From: Nitrosopumilus sp. | Lineage (GTDB): Archaea; Thermoproteota; Nitrososphaeria; Nitrososphaerales; Nitrosopumilaceae | Direction of reading: 5' to 3' | Assembly (NCBI GenBank): GCA_965214775.1 | Contig: OZ243974.1 | Coordinates: 1,280,001-1,344,000, forward strand | Length of the DNA stretch: 64,000 bases | Shown here: in pieces, positions 1 to 10,060 of the stretch | How the letters are laid out: every line of letters starts with the position of its first letter | Numbering within the stretch: the first letter of the stretch is position 1 | The notes under the pieces: model-generated | Told to the model about the DNA's origin: nothing | The model's input: the letters and a program-made list of their open reading frames with translations, nothing else | The model's database searches: none | Program-made: the position numbers and the translations under genes

Positions 1-1020
1 TACAAAGAACCGCCCCCCCTTCCAACCGAAAAGTATGATATCAACAGGTCACATAGGTTTGACAGACTGCCATTCCGACATTCTGACTGCTGTTTCATTG
101 TGGGATGTCCGGGTTCGGGAACCTCACTGCTAGGACATATTCTTGAGGGCAATGGCAGTGTCATCTGCTACGGCGAGCCGGCATGCTACGACTATCTGTC
201 AGATGCGGCCCTGCCTGAGGAGGCCAACAAACAAAAGACTGAAAATGGCGTCCTGGCCTTCGAGTCTGCCGGTATTACAGAATACCTTGACAGTCCAGAC
301 CGGGCTACAGAATATTCCAGAGGCCGCAGGTTTCCTCCCGCGTTTACATATGACGGCCAGCCGGTTTTATTCCTGGTCAGGGATCCAAGGGACGTATATC
401 TGTACTTGACGGGGCTCAAATCGGATCCCTTACAGCGTGACGCGGCAGAAGCATGGGAGAAATACATAGATGACCTGGCAGCCGAGGCGAAGGCAAGGGG
501 CGCCGATCCCGGAGGCGGACATCTCGGAAACCTATCTGCATTGAAAAACGCCGGCAAGCTCTCGCTTGCCGCAAAGGCCGCACTGTATTGGAAGATAAAG
601 ACAGAGTCATTCTTCAGATATGACGAGCTGGGCTACAACCTGCATCTTGTCCTGTACGAGGATCTGTGCGTGTCGCCCGAGAAAAACCTCGAGGATATTT
701 GCAACTTTCTAAAAATCCCGTTTGATTCGCAGATGCTAGAACATGACTCCATCAAGCGTGATGTTGGCAAGGGCGGGGTTGCAGATGACGCCCATGTGCG
801 GCTCATAATGGATCCGGGAGACGCCATAAAATACAGGGGAAATGTTCCCATAGAGGAACAAAGGACAATCCTCTCGATTGCCGGCCCGACATACAAGAAG
901 ATACAGCACAAATGGATCCAGCAGCTTGGAAAGCCGGACAAGCAGGCCGATGCGTTGGAGACAGCCAAGTCCTATCTTGCTGCCAGAGACGAGAGAATAC
1001 AGGAACTGCAGGAGGATCTT

Positions 1021-1488
1021 GACGAGAAGAACGTCTGGGCGCTGCGCCTTGACGAGGAGGCGGAGATCAAAGATAAGAAGATACGGGAACTTCAAAAGGA
1101 GTTGGACGAGAAGAACGTCTGGGCGCTGCGCCTTGACGAGGAGGCGGAGATCAAAGATAAGAAGATACGGGAACTTCAAAAGGAGTTGGACGAGAAGAAC
1201 GTCTGGGCGCTGCGCCTTGACGAGGAGGCGGAGATCAAAGATAAGAAGATACGGGAACTTCAAAAGGAGTTGGACGAGAAGAGCGTCTGGGCGCTGCGCC
1301 TTGACGAGGAGGCGGAGATCAAAGATAAGAAGATACGGGAACTTCAAAAGGAGTTGGACGAGAAGAGCGTCTGGGCGCTGCGCCTTGACGAGGAGGCGGA
1401 GATCAAAGATAAGAAGATACGGGAACTTCAAAAGGAGTTGGACGAGAAGAGCGTCTGGGCGCTGCGCCTTGACGAGGAGGCGGAGATC
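1021..1488 (+). repeat. 84-bp coding tandem repeat (28 aa, DEKNVWALRLDEEAEIKDKKIRELQKEL), about 5.6 copies
   Basis: Units start at 1021, 1105, 1189, 1273, 1357 and 1441; nearly identical (AAC/AGC variants). Confidence 0.97.
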
Positions 1489-1864
1489 AGGGACAGGGAG
1501 GCGGAGATCAAAGATAAGAAGCTGGGTGACCTTCAGAGGGAGTTAGACTCTACCAAAAAGACCATAGAGAACAAAGAGTCAGAGATGGCAGATCTGCTAC
1601 AGAAGATGCATGTGCAGAACGACGAATTTGAGGAGATCAGGCAGTCAGTCCTGTTCAAAACTGCATCAGGTCTTGCCAGAAAACTGGACAAGTTGTTCCC
1701 GCAGAATAGCAAAAGGGGCGAGATGTTCAGATTGTCCAAGGCATTGTTTGACATAGTCCAAAACGACGGATATGGGGCCCTTCTGAGAGCCTTTAGGGAG
1801 AAATGGCGCAGCAGATCCGAATCCCCTCCCCCCGAAGACACCAGCATCAGTTATGAAAAGACCA

Positions 1865-1980
1865 GGCAGCATCCTGATGACGCGTCTGCTGCCGACTCTG
1901 CAGAGCAGGCAGAGCAGTAGCAGGCGTCGATCAGGGGGCAGCATCCTGATGACGCGTCTGCTGCCGACTCTGCAGAGCAG
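1865..1980. repeat. 44-bp direct repeat flanking a 28-bp insert (period 72)
   Basis: ggcagcatcctgatgacgcgtctgctgccgactctgcagagcag at 1865-1908 and 1937-1980; the insert carries the TAG. Confidence 0.9.
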
Positions 1981-2281
1981 CAACAGCGCACCGCCGCCCT
2001 GGCCGAAAAAGTCAGGCGGTATTCGGAGACTGCCAGACTTGACGACCCCGGGCTGAGCTCAAGAATAATCTGCAACGAGCGCCTCGTCGAGCCTGATGAA
2101 GATCTTAGAAAACACATGCAGATCGGATCGGCGGAAATCCTCACACTTCCAAGAAATCCGAAGGTCAGTATAATCATTCTTACCCTCAACCAAACCGATT
2201 ATCTCAGAAAGAACCTAGAGTCAATAGAGTCAAAGACGACATACAAAAACTATGAGATCATTATTGTCACAAACAACAGAG

Positions 2282-2390
2282 GTACCAGCTCGGGCTCTGG
2301 AAGTTCAGGCATGAGTTTTGCTACCTCGGAGAGGCCTCCCGTAGATTCGTACCTGAAATCAGGAGCAGCTTCCAGAGCCCGACCTGTTAC
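2282..2390. mobile_element. MITE J, 109 bp, GTA-ended (IS66-like ends)
   Basis: TIRs gtaccagctcgggctctggaag / cttccagagcccgacctgttac; partial second copy at about 22365-22416. Confidence 0.75.
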
Positions 2391-2627
2391 GAATATTGTG
2401 AGAAAAGGATTCATGACAGAATAGGGCAAAAAAATTGGAAGATGGGTTTTACTGCAAATATTTGTCACGAGGATCCAAGAGACGTTCCCATGCTTCAGGT
2501 TGCGGATTACATAGCAAGTGCAACCCAGGGATTCATTGTTCACGGCGATGCGACGTTTTACAACGCGTACAGTAACAAATTGAGCTATCGTGAAAAATTG
2601 GACAGCAACGATAAGATAAGATGGTGA
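2391..2627 (+). pseudogene. C-terminal fragment of a DUF3800-family protein
   Basis: PMLQVADYIA matches the QxADxxA C-terminal motif; 5' part lost at MITE J. Confidence 0.6.
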
Positions 2628-2714
2628 CTCTCGACCTACTTCTTCCAGCCTGTCCGAACAGACGTCATCGTTTCGGTCAAGATCCTATTGATTGTTCAAT
2701 AGACTTTACCCACC
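2623..2714 (+). ncRNA. Candidate DUF3800-associated structured RNA
   Basis: Directly after the DUF3800 fragment; pairings ggtg/cacc, gacc/ggtc, ctgt-ccga-acag, ctattga-ttgt-tcaatag. Confidence 0.4.
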
Positions 2715-3290
2715 TGTTTGATATTCTCATGTCTGATATTAAAAGTATAAGCATGAGCAGTCTTGCACAGCCCTGATTTCAGGCTGTAGTATACGAAAAG
2801 TCGGTCCGCTAGTCATCTGCGTCCCTCTCCATCCATTTTGGATCCTTCCTCCTGATCGCATCGGTGGCCTCCTTGCTTCTAAACGCCAGAAGCGGCGTCT
2901 CACAGTTGGCAATGTCAAGCGAAAAGTGAAGCCTTCTCTCGTTGTAATAGTCCACGTACTGTTTCAGGCCGTCATAATGCCATATCTCCTCCTCGATGGT
3001 GCGATGAAACATTCCAGCTTGCCGTTGGTCTGCGGGTGGTAGGGCCTGGTGTTTATCAGGATGATGTCCCGTGTAAGCAGCTCCTCCTCAAAGAGCGTGG
3101 GCTGCCACGTCCCCCCGCCGCCGATGCGGCCTTTGGAGGCCGCTGCCTTTTTTCTGCCGTTCTGTCCTACAAAGCACGAGCCGTTGTCAGACAGTATGGA
3201 TGCAGGCGCACCAAACCGTTCAATCGCCAGCCTGAGCGTCATTACGGCGTTCTCAGATGTGGCATGCTCAAATAGTGCGGCCCCCGTAAT

Positions 3291-4825
3291 AGACTTTATG
3301 CATAATCGGCCCATCTGATCTAAAAATACGACACAATAGATCATTATTTGCACACCAACAACCCTAAAGATCTGTATGATTCCCTAACTGTATGGGCTCA
3401 AATGACAAGACTCTCCAAGCATTTCAAGCGTTACAAGCGCAACACGAGATGCTAGTCGAGCAACACGAGCAGGTATCCAAGCAAAACAAACAGATGTCCA
3501 AGCAAAACGAGCGTATGAGGAAGCAGCTTGCGTTTGAGGACTCACTGTGGCAGTCCGAAGAAAACAAGACAAAAAGAGTCGTGCGCGGCGGGACGCCTCT
3601 GCGGATGCACGCAATCGAGGTTGCAGACGGCATAATCGGCGATCCGGTGCGCCTTTGCAACGTCACGGGATGCACAAAGGAGTCATTTACGATCATACTG
3701 GAGCGCTTTACGGAAGAAGTCATGGACGACGAGGACAGGCCCCTGTTCTGGGAGGACGACGTAAGAGGCGGCGATGCCGGAAACCGGTGCAAGCTGTACA
3801 TCAGGCACGCGCTGCTTGCAGTACTCATGAGCATAAGGACCAAGGCAACGCAGCATCATCTGGCCGCAACGTTTGACGTCGACCAGTCCACAATGTCCAG
3901 GTACCTCCGGTACGGTGCCGTGTTACTGCGCCGGCTCCTGCCTGCCTCCGAAAAGCTAACAAGCATCATCTGCAAGACCCCGGCAGGCAAGCTGGAGGAG
4001 GTGCTGATCCCAAAAAAGACGCTCCTGATTGACGGTACCCTGACTCCGGTAGACAGGCCCGGGGACAGGACCGCAAGAAAGACCAGATACTCGGGAAGAA
4101 AAAAGCGGCACATGTTCAACACGATAATTACCTCGAACCTGGACGGCCTCATACTGCACTGCGGCAAGACTGTGGACGGAAGCGTCAACGACAAGGGCGT
4201 GATGAACGCAGGGGGCGGCCCGGACTTTGGAAGGCACACCGGATCAATGAGGAATGCAAAAAACGCAGACGATCCGGAAGAGGCGTTTGTGATTTACAGC
4301 GACCTGGGATTTGAGGGCATTCAAAAGATGCTTCCGGGCGCCATACACAGGCAGCCCCCAAAGAAGCCCAGGGACGGGGATCTTACTGCAACGCAAAAGA
4401 GGCGCCGCAAGCAGATAAGCAGGGTTCGCGTCAGGGTGGAGCACCACATAGGGCGGCTCAAAAGATATGGCATTCTTACCATGCCGTTTGGCGGAACTGC
4501 CAAGGATCTAAACTATTTCATGCAGATAATCACGGGTCTTGAGAACCTCAAGACGATGTTGAAAAGGAAAAAATACTATGGCCAGCTGCTGCAGCAGCTG
4601 CATCTGCTGCCAGACACATGACATACGGCGGTACGGACCGCCATTCTTTCTGACTTGTCAACGGGGCACATTGCCGTGCTGCATGGTTGCGCACGTTCTT
4701 TTGGCGCAACTGGCTTTTACGTGCGTCATGACACGAGATGCATGCGGTAATTTGATCCGATCAGCGCATTTGCGTTTGGAAAAGCCTACGGAATTTTTAA
4801 TCACGGTCGATTACGCATAAAGTCT
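3291..4825 (+). mobile_element. IS5-family (ISL2-like, DDE_Tnp_4) element, copy 1
   Basis: TIRs agactttatgc.taat / attacgcataaagtct; 3-bp TSD AAT at 3288-3290 and 4826-4828. Confidence 0.92.
3392..4621 (+). CDS. IS5/ISL2-like DDE transposase
   Basis: HTH (LAATFDVDQSTMSR), IDGT, SDLGF, RVRVEHHIGRLK. Confidence 0.9.
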   Translation: MGSNDKTLQAFQALQAQHEMLVEQHEQVSKQNKQMSKQNERMRKQLAFEDSLWQSEENKTKRVVRGGTPLRMHAIEVADGIIGDPVRLCNVTGCTKESFTIILERFTEEVMDDEDRPLFWEDDVRGGDAGNRCKLYIRHALLAVLMSIRTKATQHHLAATFDVDQSTMSRYLRYGAVLLRRLLPASEKLTSIICKTPAGKLEEVLIPKKTLLIDGTLTPVDRPGDRTARKTRYSGRKKRHMFNTIITSNLDGLILHCGKTVDGSVNDKGVMNAGGGPDFGRHTGSMRNAKNADDPEEAFVIYSDLGFEGIQKMLPGAIHRQPPKKPRDGDLTATQKRRRKQISRVRVRVEHHIGRLKRYGILTMPFGGTAKDLNYFMQIITGLENLKTMLKRKKYYGQLLQQLHLLPDT

Positions 4826-5440
4826 AATGCACCTTGAGGCATCGTCAAGATACGTGACTAGGTTGAGTCCCTTTAGGCGCGGATCCTTCATTTCATGCCA
4901 GTCTGCGTGCCACATCGCGTTGGAGTATTTGCGCTCAAAGCGGACGTATCCCCTCTTTTGATTTTGCCGCAGACCGAATCACCAGGTTGTTCTTCTTCAT
5001 TATGCGGTATACTGCACGGTAGCCTGTATTATGATTGTGCCTCAGCCTGCCTGTGGTGCGCAGTACGCCTGCCGGCTCGCCCTCGTGCGTCCCGGTCACC
5101 AGACGTATCTGGGCGGCCGTGACCGGGACATGCGGCCTGCCCATTTTCACGCGCGTCGTACCTGTTGCCTGGAACCTGGCCCACAACCTCCTTACATGCC
5201 TTGCCGTGATGTTCAAATCCCTGGCTATCTTGGAGGACGCGACGCCTTTCTTGCACTGTCTTACCAGGTACTGCCGTGACTCTTCTGTCAGTATTTTTTT
5301 CATGGTTTTTCGTGATCGGTACAGCCTAAAATAGCCCGCCATTGTCCTCCTGATCCTAGGCGGACCGACTTTTCGTACAATAGAGCGATTTTTTTGACCT
5401 CAAAGACTTTTAGCCATCACTATGGTCCTTCTAGATGCAT

Positions 5441-6913
5441 CTATGGATAGGCAACTGATTCAGCAATTGTAGAACCCAGCTCGGAGACTCTTATTCGCTT
5501 TTGTTCCATGGTGTCCCGCATCCTGATTGTAACGGTATCGTCTTCCAGCGTTTGATGATCCACAGTAATTGCAAACGGAGAACCAACCTCGTCTAATCTT
5601 CTATACCTTCTTCCTATGGCCCCCGAATGATCCAAAAACGCATCGCATCTTCTTTTGATTTGACGATAAATCTCGTCAGTTTTTTCTTTTAGCCCGTCCT
5701 TTTTAACCAGTGATAGCACTCCAACATGAGTTGGAGACAGGTAGGGCTTGAGCGACAAGACAGTTCGCTCATGCTCTTTGTCATCTCTCAAACTATGTTC
5801 CAAAATTGTGTACAGGCTTCTGTCAATCCCCATGGACATTTCAAAGACATGCGGAAGCACTTTTTCATCATTGTCCATCACCTCGAATTTCTCCTTGCTT
5901 TCCTTGGCATGACTAGACAGATCATAGTCTGATCTGTAGTTGCATGCTACCAACTCCAGCCATCCGACAGTGGTCTCAACCTCAAAATCAAAGGCGACCT
6001 GTGCATAGAATGCCTTTTCTTTGCCTCCCAGCCTCCTAAATCTGCTCTTTTCAACGTCGATTCCTGTTTTCTCATAAAATTCCATCAGGATTCCAAGATA
6101 ATACGCGACAAACTTGTTTGGAACGGCTCCTGACTCGACGGCCTCCCTGCATGTCATTGGAATCAGATGATCATCATCATCATCCCCGTCAGTCTGAACA
6201 CGGATCACGGTGTCTTCTACCTCAGAAAATCCGTCCATCTCCCCTAGTTTTGCAGGATTACAAAACACCTCGATTTCGGCCTGATAAAACTCCCTTAATC
6301 GCAGCAGGCTCTGTCTTGGGGCAATCTCATTTCTAAAACTCTTTCCTGTCTGTGCAATCCCCAGTGGCAATTTGCCTCTCATTGTTTTAAACAGTCTTGG
6401 AAAATCCACAAAGATTGACTGGCATGTCTCTGGTCTGAGATAGGCCTCCTCCTCTTCGGGGCCTATTCCGACTTTGAACATCATGTTAAAGTTTCTGGTT
6501 TTGTCGAAATCCCCCTTGCATTTCGGGCATTTAATACCGTGTTGAGAAATGGCAGCGTCAAATTCCTCCAAGTCGGCGCTTTCAGGAATCACCACGTTTG
6601 CAATATCTGCAATTGTCTTGTCTGCCCTGAACGTAGAATTGCATTTCCTGCATTTGATTATTGGGTCTGCAAAATTTCCCAAGTGTCCCGAAGCCTCAAA
6701 AACGGATTTTGACATTATCTGCGATCCGTCAATTTCCAGCATTCCGTCTCTTCGAACCAGTTCTCTTCTCCACAGTTCCAGAAACTTGTTTTTCAGGCTT
6801 ACCCCTGACGGGCCATACTCCCAGAAGCCTGCCTGGGCATCGCCGTAAACCTCACAGCTTGGAAAGTAAAATCCGCGCTCAAGTGCAAGCTTCATTACTG
6901 CCTCATAGTCCAT
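5441..6913 (-). CDS. glyS: Glycine--tRNA ligase
   Basis: YLRPETCQSIF, GKSFRNEI.PR, LRLREF.QAEIE, GRRYRRLDEVG anticodon-binding domain. Confidence 0.97.
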   Translation of the reverse strand: MDYEAVMKLALERGFYFPSCEVYGDAQAGFWEYGPSGVSLKNKFLELWRRELVRRDGMLEIDGSQIMSKSVFEASGHLGNFADPIIKCRKCNSTFRADKTIADIANVVIPESADLEEFDAAISQHGIKCPKCKGDFDKTRNFNMMFKVGIGPEEEEAYLRPETCQSIFVDFPRLFKTMRGKLPLGIAQTGKSFRNEIAPRQSLLRLREFYQAEIEVFCNPAKLGEMDGFSEVEDTVIRVQTDGDDDDDHLIPMTCREAVESGAVPNKFVAYYLGILMEFYEKTGIDVEKSRFRRLGGKEKAFYAQVAFDFEVETTVGWLELVACNYRSDYDLSSHAKESKEKFEVMDNDEKVLPHVFEMSMGIDRSLYTILEHSLRDDKEHERTVLSLKPYLSPTHVGVLSLVKKDGLKEKTDEIYRQIKRRCDAFLDHSGAIGRRYRRLDEVGSPFAITVDHQTLEDDTVTIRMRDTMEQKRIRVSELGSTIAESVAYP

Positions 6914-6946
6914 CTTGTTCTCTTTTAACCTTCACCGAATAAATTT

Positions 6947-7786
6947 CTACGCAAAACCCTTTGCAATTCTGACATTTTCAAAGTCGTCCCTGTCGCCATC
7001 GATTGGCGTCTCTAGAATGATCGGAATCTCCCTCTTGTTTGCAAATTTTACGACTGACGAAATGCCTTTCTCTCCGATACCGCCCAAACCCAGGTGGTGG
7101 TGCCTGTCTAGATTGCATCCAAGCCCGCCTTTGGCATCGTTTAGGTGCAGAATCTTGAGGTTCTTTAGGCCTACATGCCTGTCAAATTCCCCGAACGTCT
7201 CCTTGACATCTTTTTCTGTTCTCAGGTCGTATCCTGCAACAAACGCATGGCACGTATCAAAGCACACCCCGAATTTCTTTGAGGGTTTCAGCCGTTTGAA
7301 AATTTCCCCCAGTTGCCCAAAGTCAGAACCCACGGAATTTTTTTGCCCAGCCGTGTTCTCAAGCAGTATCACCACGTCATTTTCCGTCCTTCCTGCCTCA
7401 GTCAGCCCCCTTGTCAGCCGCTCAATCCCCGCCTCTTCTCCTGTTCCCAAATGGCTCCCCAGGTGGGTTACCAAATACGGAATTCCTAACTGCGCACATC
7501 TCTCAACCTCGCTAACCAGGGTCTTCAGAGATCTTTCAAAACCGTCCTTTTTTGGAGTTGCAAGGTTTGGCAGGTACGGCATATGGGCGCACGTAGCCAG
7601 CCTGTCAATCTTGCTTTCCTTTAACTTTGTTTTAAAACTGTCAACATCTTTTGCAGTCAGCGGCTTTGCGTGCCATCCCCTCGGGTTTCTTGTAAAGATT
7701 TGAAACGCCGTACATTCTCTTTTAACTGCGTTGTCAACTGCCATGTCAATCGAGCCTGAAATTGATACGTGGCAGCCGACTCTCAT
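6947..7786 (-). CDS. nfo: Endonuclease IV
   Basis: GCHVS, HMPYLPNL, LENTAG, DTCHAF, HLND...DRH, ILETP. Confidence 0.96.
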   Translation of the reverse strand: MRVGCHVSISGSIDMAVDNAVKRECTAFQIFTRNPRGWHAKPLTAKDVDSFKTKLKESKIDRLATCAHMPYLPNLATPKKDGFERSLKTLVSEVERCAQLGIPYLVTHLGSHLGTGEEAGIERLTRGLTEAGRTENDVVILLENTAGQKNSVGSDFGQLGEIFKRLKPSKKFGVCFDTCHAFVAGYDLRTEKDVKETFGEFDRHVGLKNLKILHLNDAKGGLGCNLDRHHHLGLGGIGEKGISSVVKFANKREIPIILETPIDGDRDDFENVRIAKGFA

Positions 7787-7869
7787 ACCCCGAGTCTCTT
7801 AAAACATAATTTAAACCAGCACTGCCATCTTAAAATCAGATTTTTATGTAAACCGGGTTATCTACTAGT

Positions 7870-8895
7870 ATGCTGGCACTAGGACAAGACGAGATTGCAA
7901 AATACCCGTTTTTGGCCGATGCGGGAGACTATCTGAAAGACAAGGGGTTTTCCATCTATGATTTTGGAAAGGATCCTGTCTTAAAGATAACAGTCCAAAA
8001 GGCGGTCCACAGAATCACAACAGCTACGGATGGAAAAATCTACAGCTCGGATCTCATTGACGGACAAGCCTCAAAGGACCATGTTCTTGAACTTGAGGTC
8101 TTTTCGTTTCTTTTAGCCATAGTTTTAATAAAGATCTCCCGCATGCCTACCCTCGTCAAGCGATTTGCTCTTGCAGAGGCCAGAAGGGCAGAGTCTCACC
8201 TGAAAAAGGACCTGGGAAGGGCATCCAATCCCCAGGAGATTGATCTGCTAAAAAAAATAATTCTAGAGCTGTCGGGAATTGAGATAATCAAGCAGGACGA
8301 TTTTTTTACGGTCTCAGTGCCTGACTACCTAAGACAGTCTGCAGCATTTAATGAAAAAGAATGGAAACTAGTCAACCGGCAGGTAAAAAACGGCAAGGTA
8401 CTTCTTAATTCGGAAAAAATAGTCAGACTGCTCAGAAAAGAGATATCAGTCTACATCATCTCAAAGATTAACAAGTCACCGACTCCTGAAATGATTCCCG
8501 GACTGGAAGCCGAAGTGAACGATCTAATCTCCCTTGGCAAAAAATACACGCCCGTTTTTGTCTCCACCGGAGAATACCCCCCCTGCATCAAGCACGCAAT
8601 TGAAGTTCTAGAAAAGGGCGAGAACCTTCCACATGCAGGAAGGTTCATGCTTGCAACGTTCTTGCTATCAAAAGACCAGTCAGTACAGCAAATTGCACCG
8701 TTATTCAAGAACGCGCCTGATTACAACGAGAAAGTGACCCTATACCAGCTGAATAATCTGGCAGGAACCCTGGGAAACGGAACCAGGTATTCCTGTCCCT
8801 CATGTCAGAAATTGCAATCCCAAAGCCTGTGTTTTGTCACATCAGACTGCGATGGCATCATAAATCCAATGCAGTTCGGAAGGAAGAAAAAATAA
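7870..8895 (+). CDS. priL: DNA primase large subunit
   Basis: YPPCIK, LPHAGRF, APDYNE, Y.CPSC Fe-S domain. Confidence 0.93.
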   Translation: MLALGQDEIAKYPFLADAGDYLKDKGFSIYDFGKDPVLKITVQKAVHRITTATDGKIYSSDLIDGQASKDHVLELEVFSFLLAIVLIKISRMPTLVKRFALAEARRAESHLKKDLGRASNPQEIDLLKKIILELSGIEIIKQDDFFTVSVPDYLRQSAAFNEKEWKLVNRQVKNGKVLLNSEKIVRLLRKEISVYIISKINKSPTPEMIPGLEAEVNDLISLGKKYTPVFVSTGEYPPCIKHAIEVLEKGENLPHAGRFMLATFLLSKDQSVQQIAPLFKNAPDYNEKVTLYQLNNLAGTLGNGTRYSCPSCQKLQSQSLCFVTSDCDGIINPMQFGRKKK

Positions 8896-10019
8896 TGCAA
8901 GAATCCGACATTCAGTTTCTAGAAAACTCGTTCAAAAAATACTATTTTGATCATTTTGATCTGATCCAGGTTCCTGAAAGGGCGCCTGAAAGAGAGTTTG
9001 GATATCAAAAATTCAATTCTGGGATGATTAGGCACATACCAATCAAGGATGGCAGGGAGCTGCGCCTCCTGCTGATGCAAAACACCCCCTCTGACGTATA
9101 CTGCTCAAACGGATACTATACCTTTCCAAACCTGCCCATGAATGAGAAGGACTGGAAAGGGGCCGATCTGATTTTTGATATTGACGCAAAAGATCTAAGC
9201 CTGCCTTGCAGAGACGGCCACACGGTTTCAGTTTGCAACAATTGCAAAAAGATTTCAAAACAAAGTTTCTCCCAATGTATAGAATGCGGTTCAAACAAAC
9301 TAGAGAAAAAATCCCTGCCATGCAAAAACTGCATGGCTGGCTCCAAAAAAGAGGCAGAAAAACTGCTTGATGTTCTGACAAACGACATGGGAATCTCCAA
9401 GGAGGACACCCATGTCTATTTCTCCGGAAACGAGGGGTTTCATGTTCATGTGTACGATCTGGCGTTCCAGAAACTTGGCAGAAGGGAAAGATCGGATCTT
9501 ACTGACTATGTTCTGTTCAAGGGAATAATTCCTGAGACTTTTGGAATTGGAAGATACGGTTCAGACAAAAAATCTTTTCCAGACTTTGGCCAAGAGGGAT
9601 GGCGAGAAAGGTTCTCAGCATACGTCTTTGGATCAAAATCAAAACGCAGTAAAATTCTTGCAGAAATACTTGCAGACGGATATCCGTCTTTTCAAAAGAT
9701 GCTAGATGACGCAGCCAAAAGCATTGGCGTAAAGATTGATCCAAACGTGACGGCTGACATCCACCGCGTCTTTAGGCTGCCAGGCTCAATCAACAGCAAA
9801 AGCGGACTTTCAAAAATTCAGTGCCAGAATCTGGCAAAATTTGATCCCTACTGCGAGTCCTCGTTTCTTGGCGATGAAACTGTTGAAATTCTGGCAAGCT
9901 GCCCTGTTGAATTTAGGCTAAAAAACAAAAAATTTGGCCCATATGACAATGAAAAAGTGACCGTTCCAACCTATGCTGCAGCGTACATGATCTGTAAAAA
10001 ACTGGCAACCATGCCTTGA
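8895..10019 (+). CDS. priS: DNA primase small subunit
   Basis: REFG, DLIFDIDAKDL, FSGNEGFHVH, D..VT.DIHRVFRLPGS; ATG at 8895 overlaps the priL stop. Confidence 0.93.
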   Translation: MQESDIQFLENSFKKYYFDHFDLIQVPERAPEREFGYQKFNSGMIRHIPIKDGRELRLLLMQNTPSDVYCSNGYYTFPNLPMNEKDWKGADLIFDIDAKDLSLPCRDGHTVSVCNNCKKISKQSFSQCIECGSNKLEKKSLPCKNCMAGSKKEAEKLLDVLTNDMGISKEDTHVYFSGNEGFHVHVYDLAFQKLGRRERSDLTDYVLFKGIIPETFGIGRYGSDKKSFPDFGQEGWRERFSAYVFGSKSKRSKILAEILADGYPSFQKMLDDAAKSIGVKIDPNVTADIHRVFRLPGSINSKSGLSKIQCQNLAKFDPYCESSFLGDETVEILASCPVEFRLKNKKFGPYDNEKVTVPTYAAAYMICKKLATMP

Positions 10020-10060
10020 TTTTGCTGGTAAGACATTAATTTGCCAAATCACAACAAAGT

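Larger units (their letters stand above)
100..2280 (+). pseudogene. Sulfotransferase-like + coiled-coil repeat + GT2 glycosyltransferase fusion, broken by an in-frame TAG (1918-1920) and truncated near 2280
   Basis: GCPGSGTSLL (5'-PSB-like), LVRDPRDV and YEDLCxxPE motifs. The frame stays open after the TAG into ORF 2116 (2116-100 is divisible by 3) with the GT2 start PKVSIIILTLNQ...NYEIIIV, then a MITE. True start may lie upstream of 100. Confidence 0.75.
2809..5303 (-). pseudogene. IS481-type transposase (HTH + rve), frameshifted and split
   Basis: N-terminal HTH (ORF 4935-5342), WHADW...YLDDASRCI|TGAALFE joined across the insertion, ILSDNGSCF, RPYHPQTNGKLE, YYNERRLHFSL. Confidence 0.85.
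2790..5379 (-). mobile_element. IS481-family element, interrupted by an IS5-family element
   Basis: TIRs tatacgaaaagtcggtccgc / gcggaccgacttttcgtaca; rve-type transposase fragments inside. Confidence 0.85.

Noticed and set aside
1021-1488. 84-bp periodicity as a CRISPR array
   Set aside because: Units are head-to-tail with no unique spacers and encode an in-frame coiled coil.
1918-1920. In-frame TAG as pyrrolysine or programmed readthrough
   Set aside because: The stop lies inside a duplication-flanked insert, the downstream GT2 is truncated anyway, and no pyl genes are in the window.
6166-6184. Poly-Asp stretch in GlyS
   Set aside because: Short trinucleotide expansion in a probable loop; no evidence of function.
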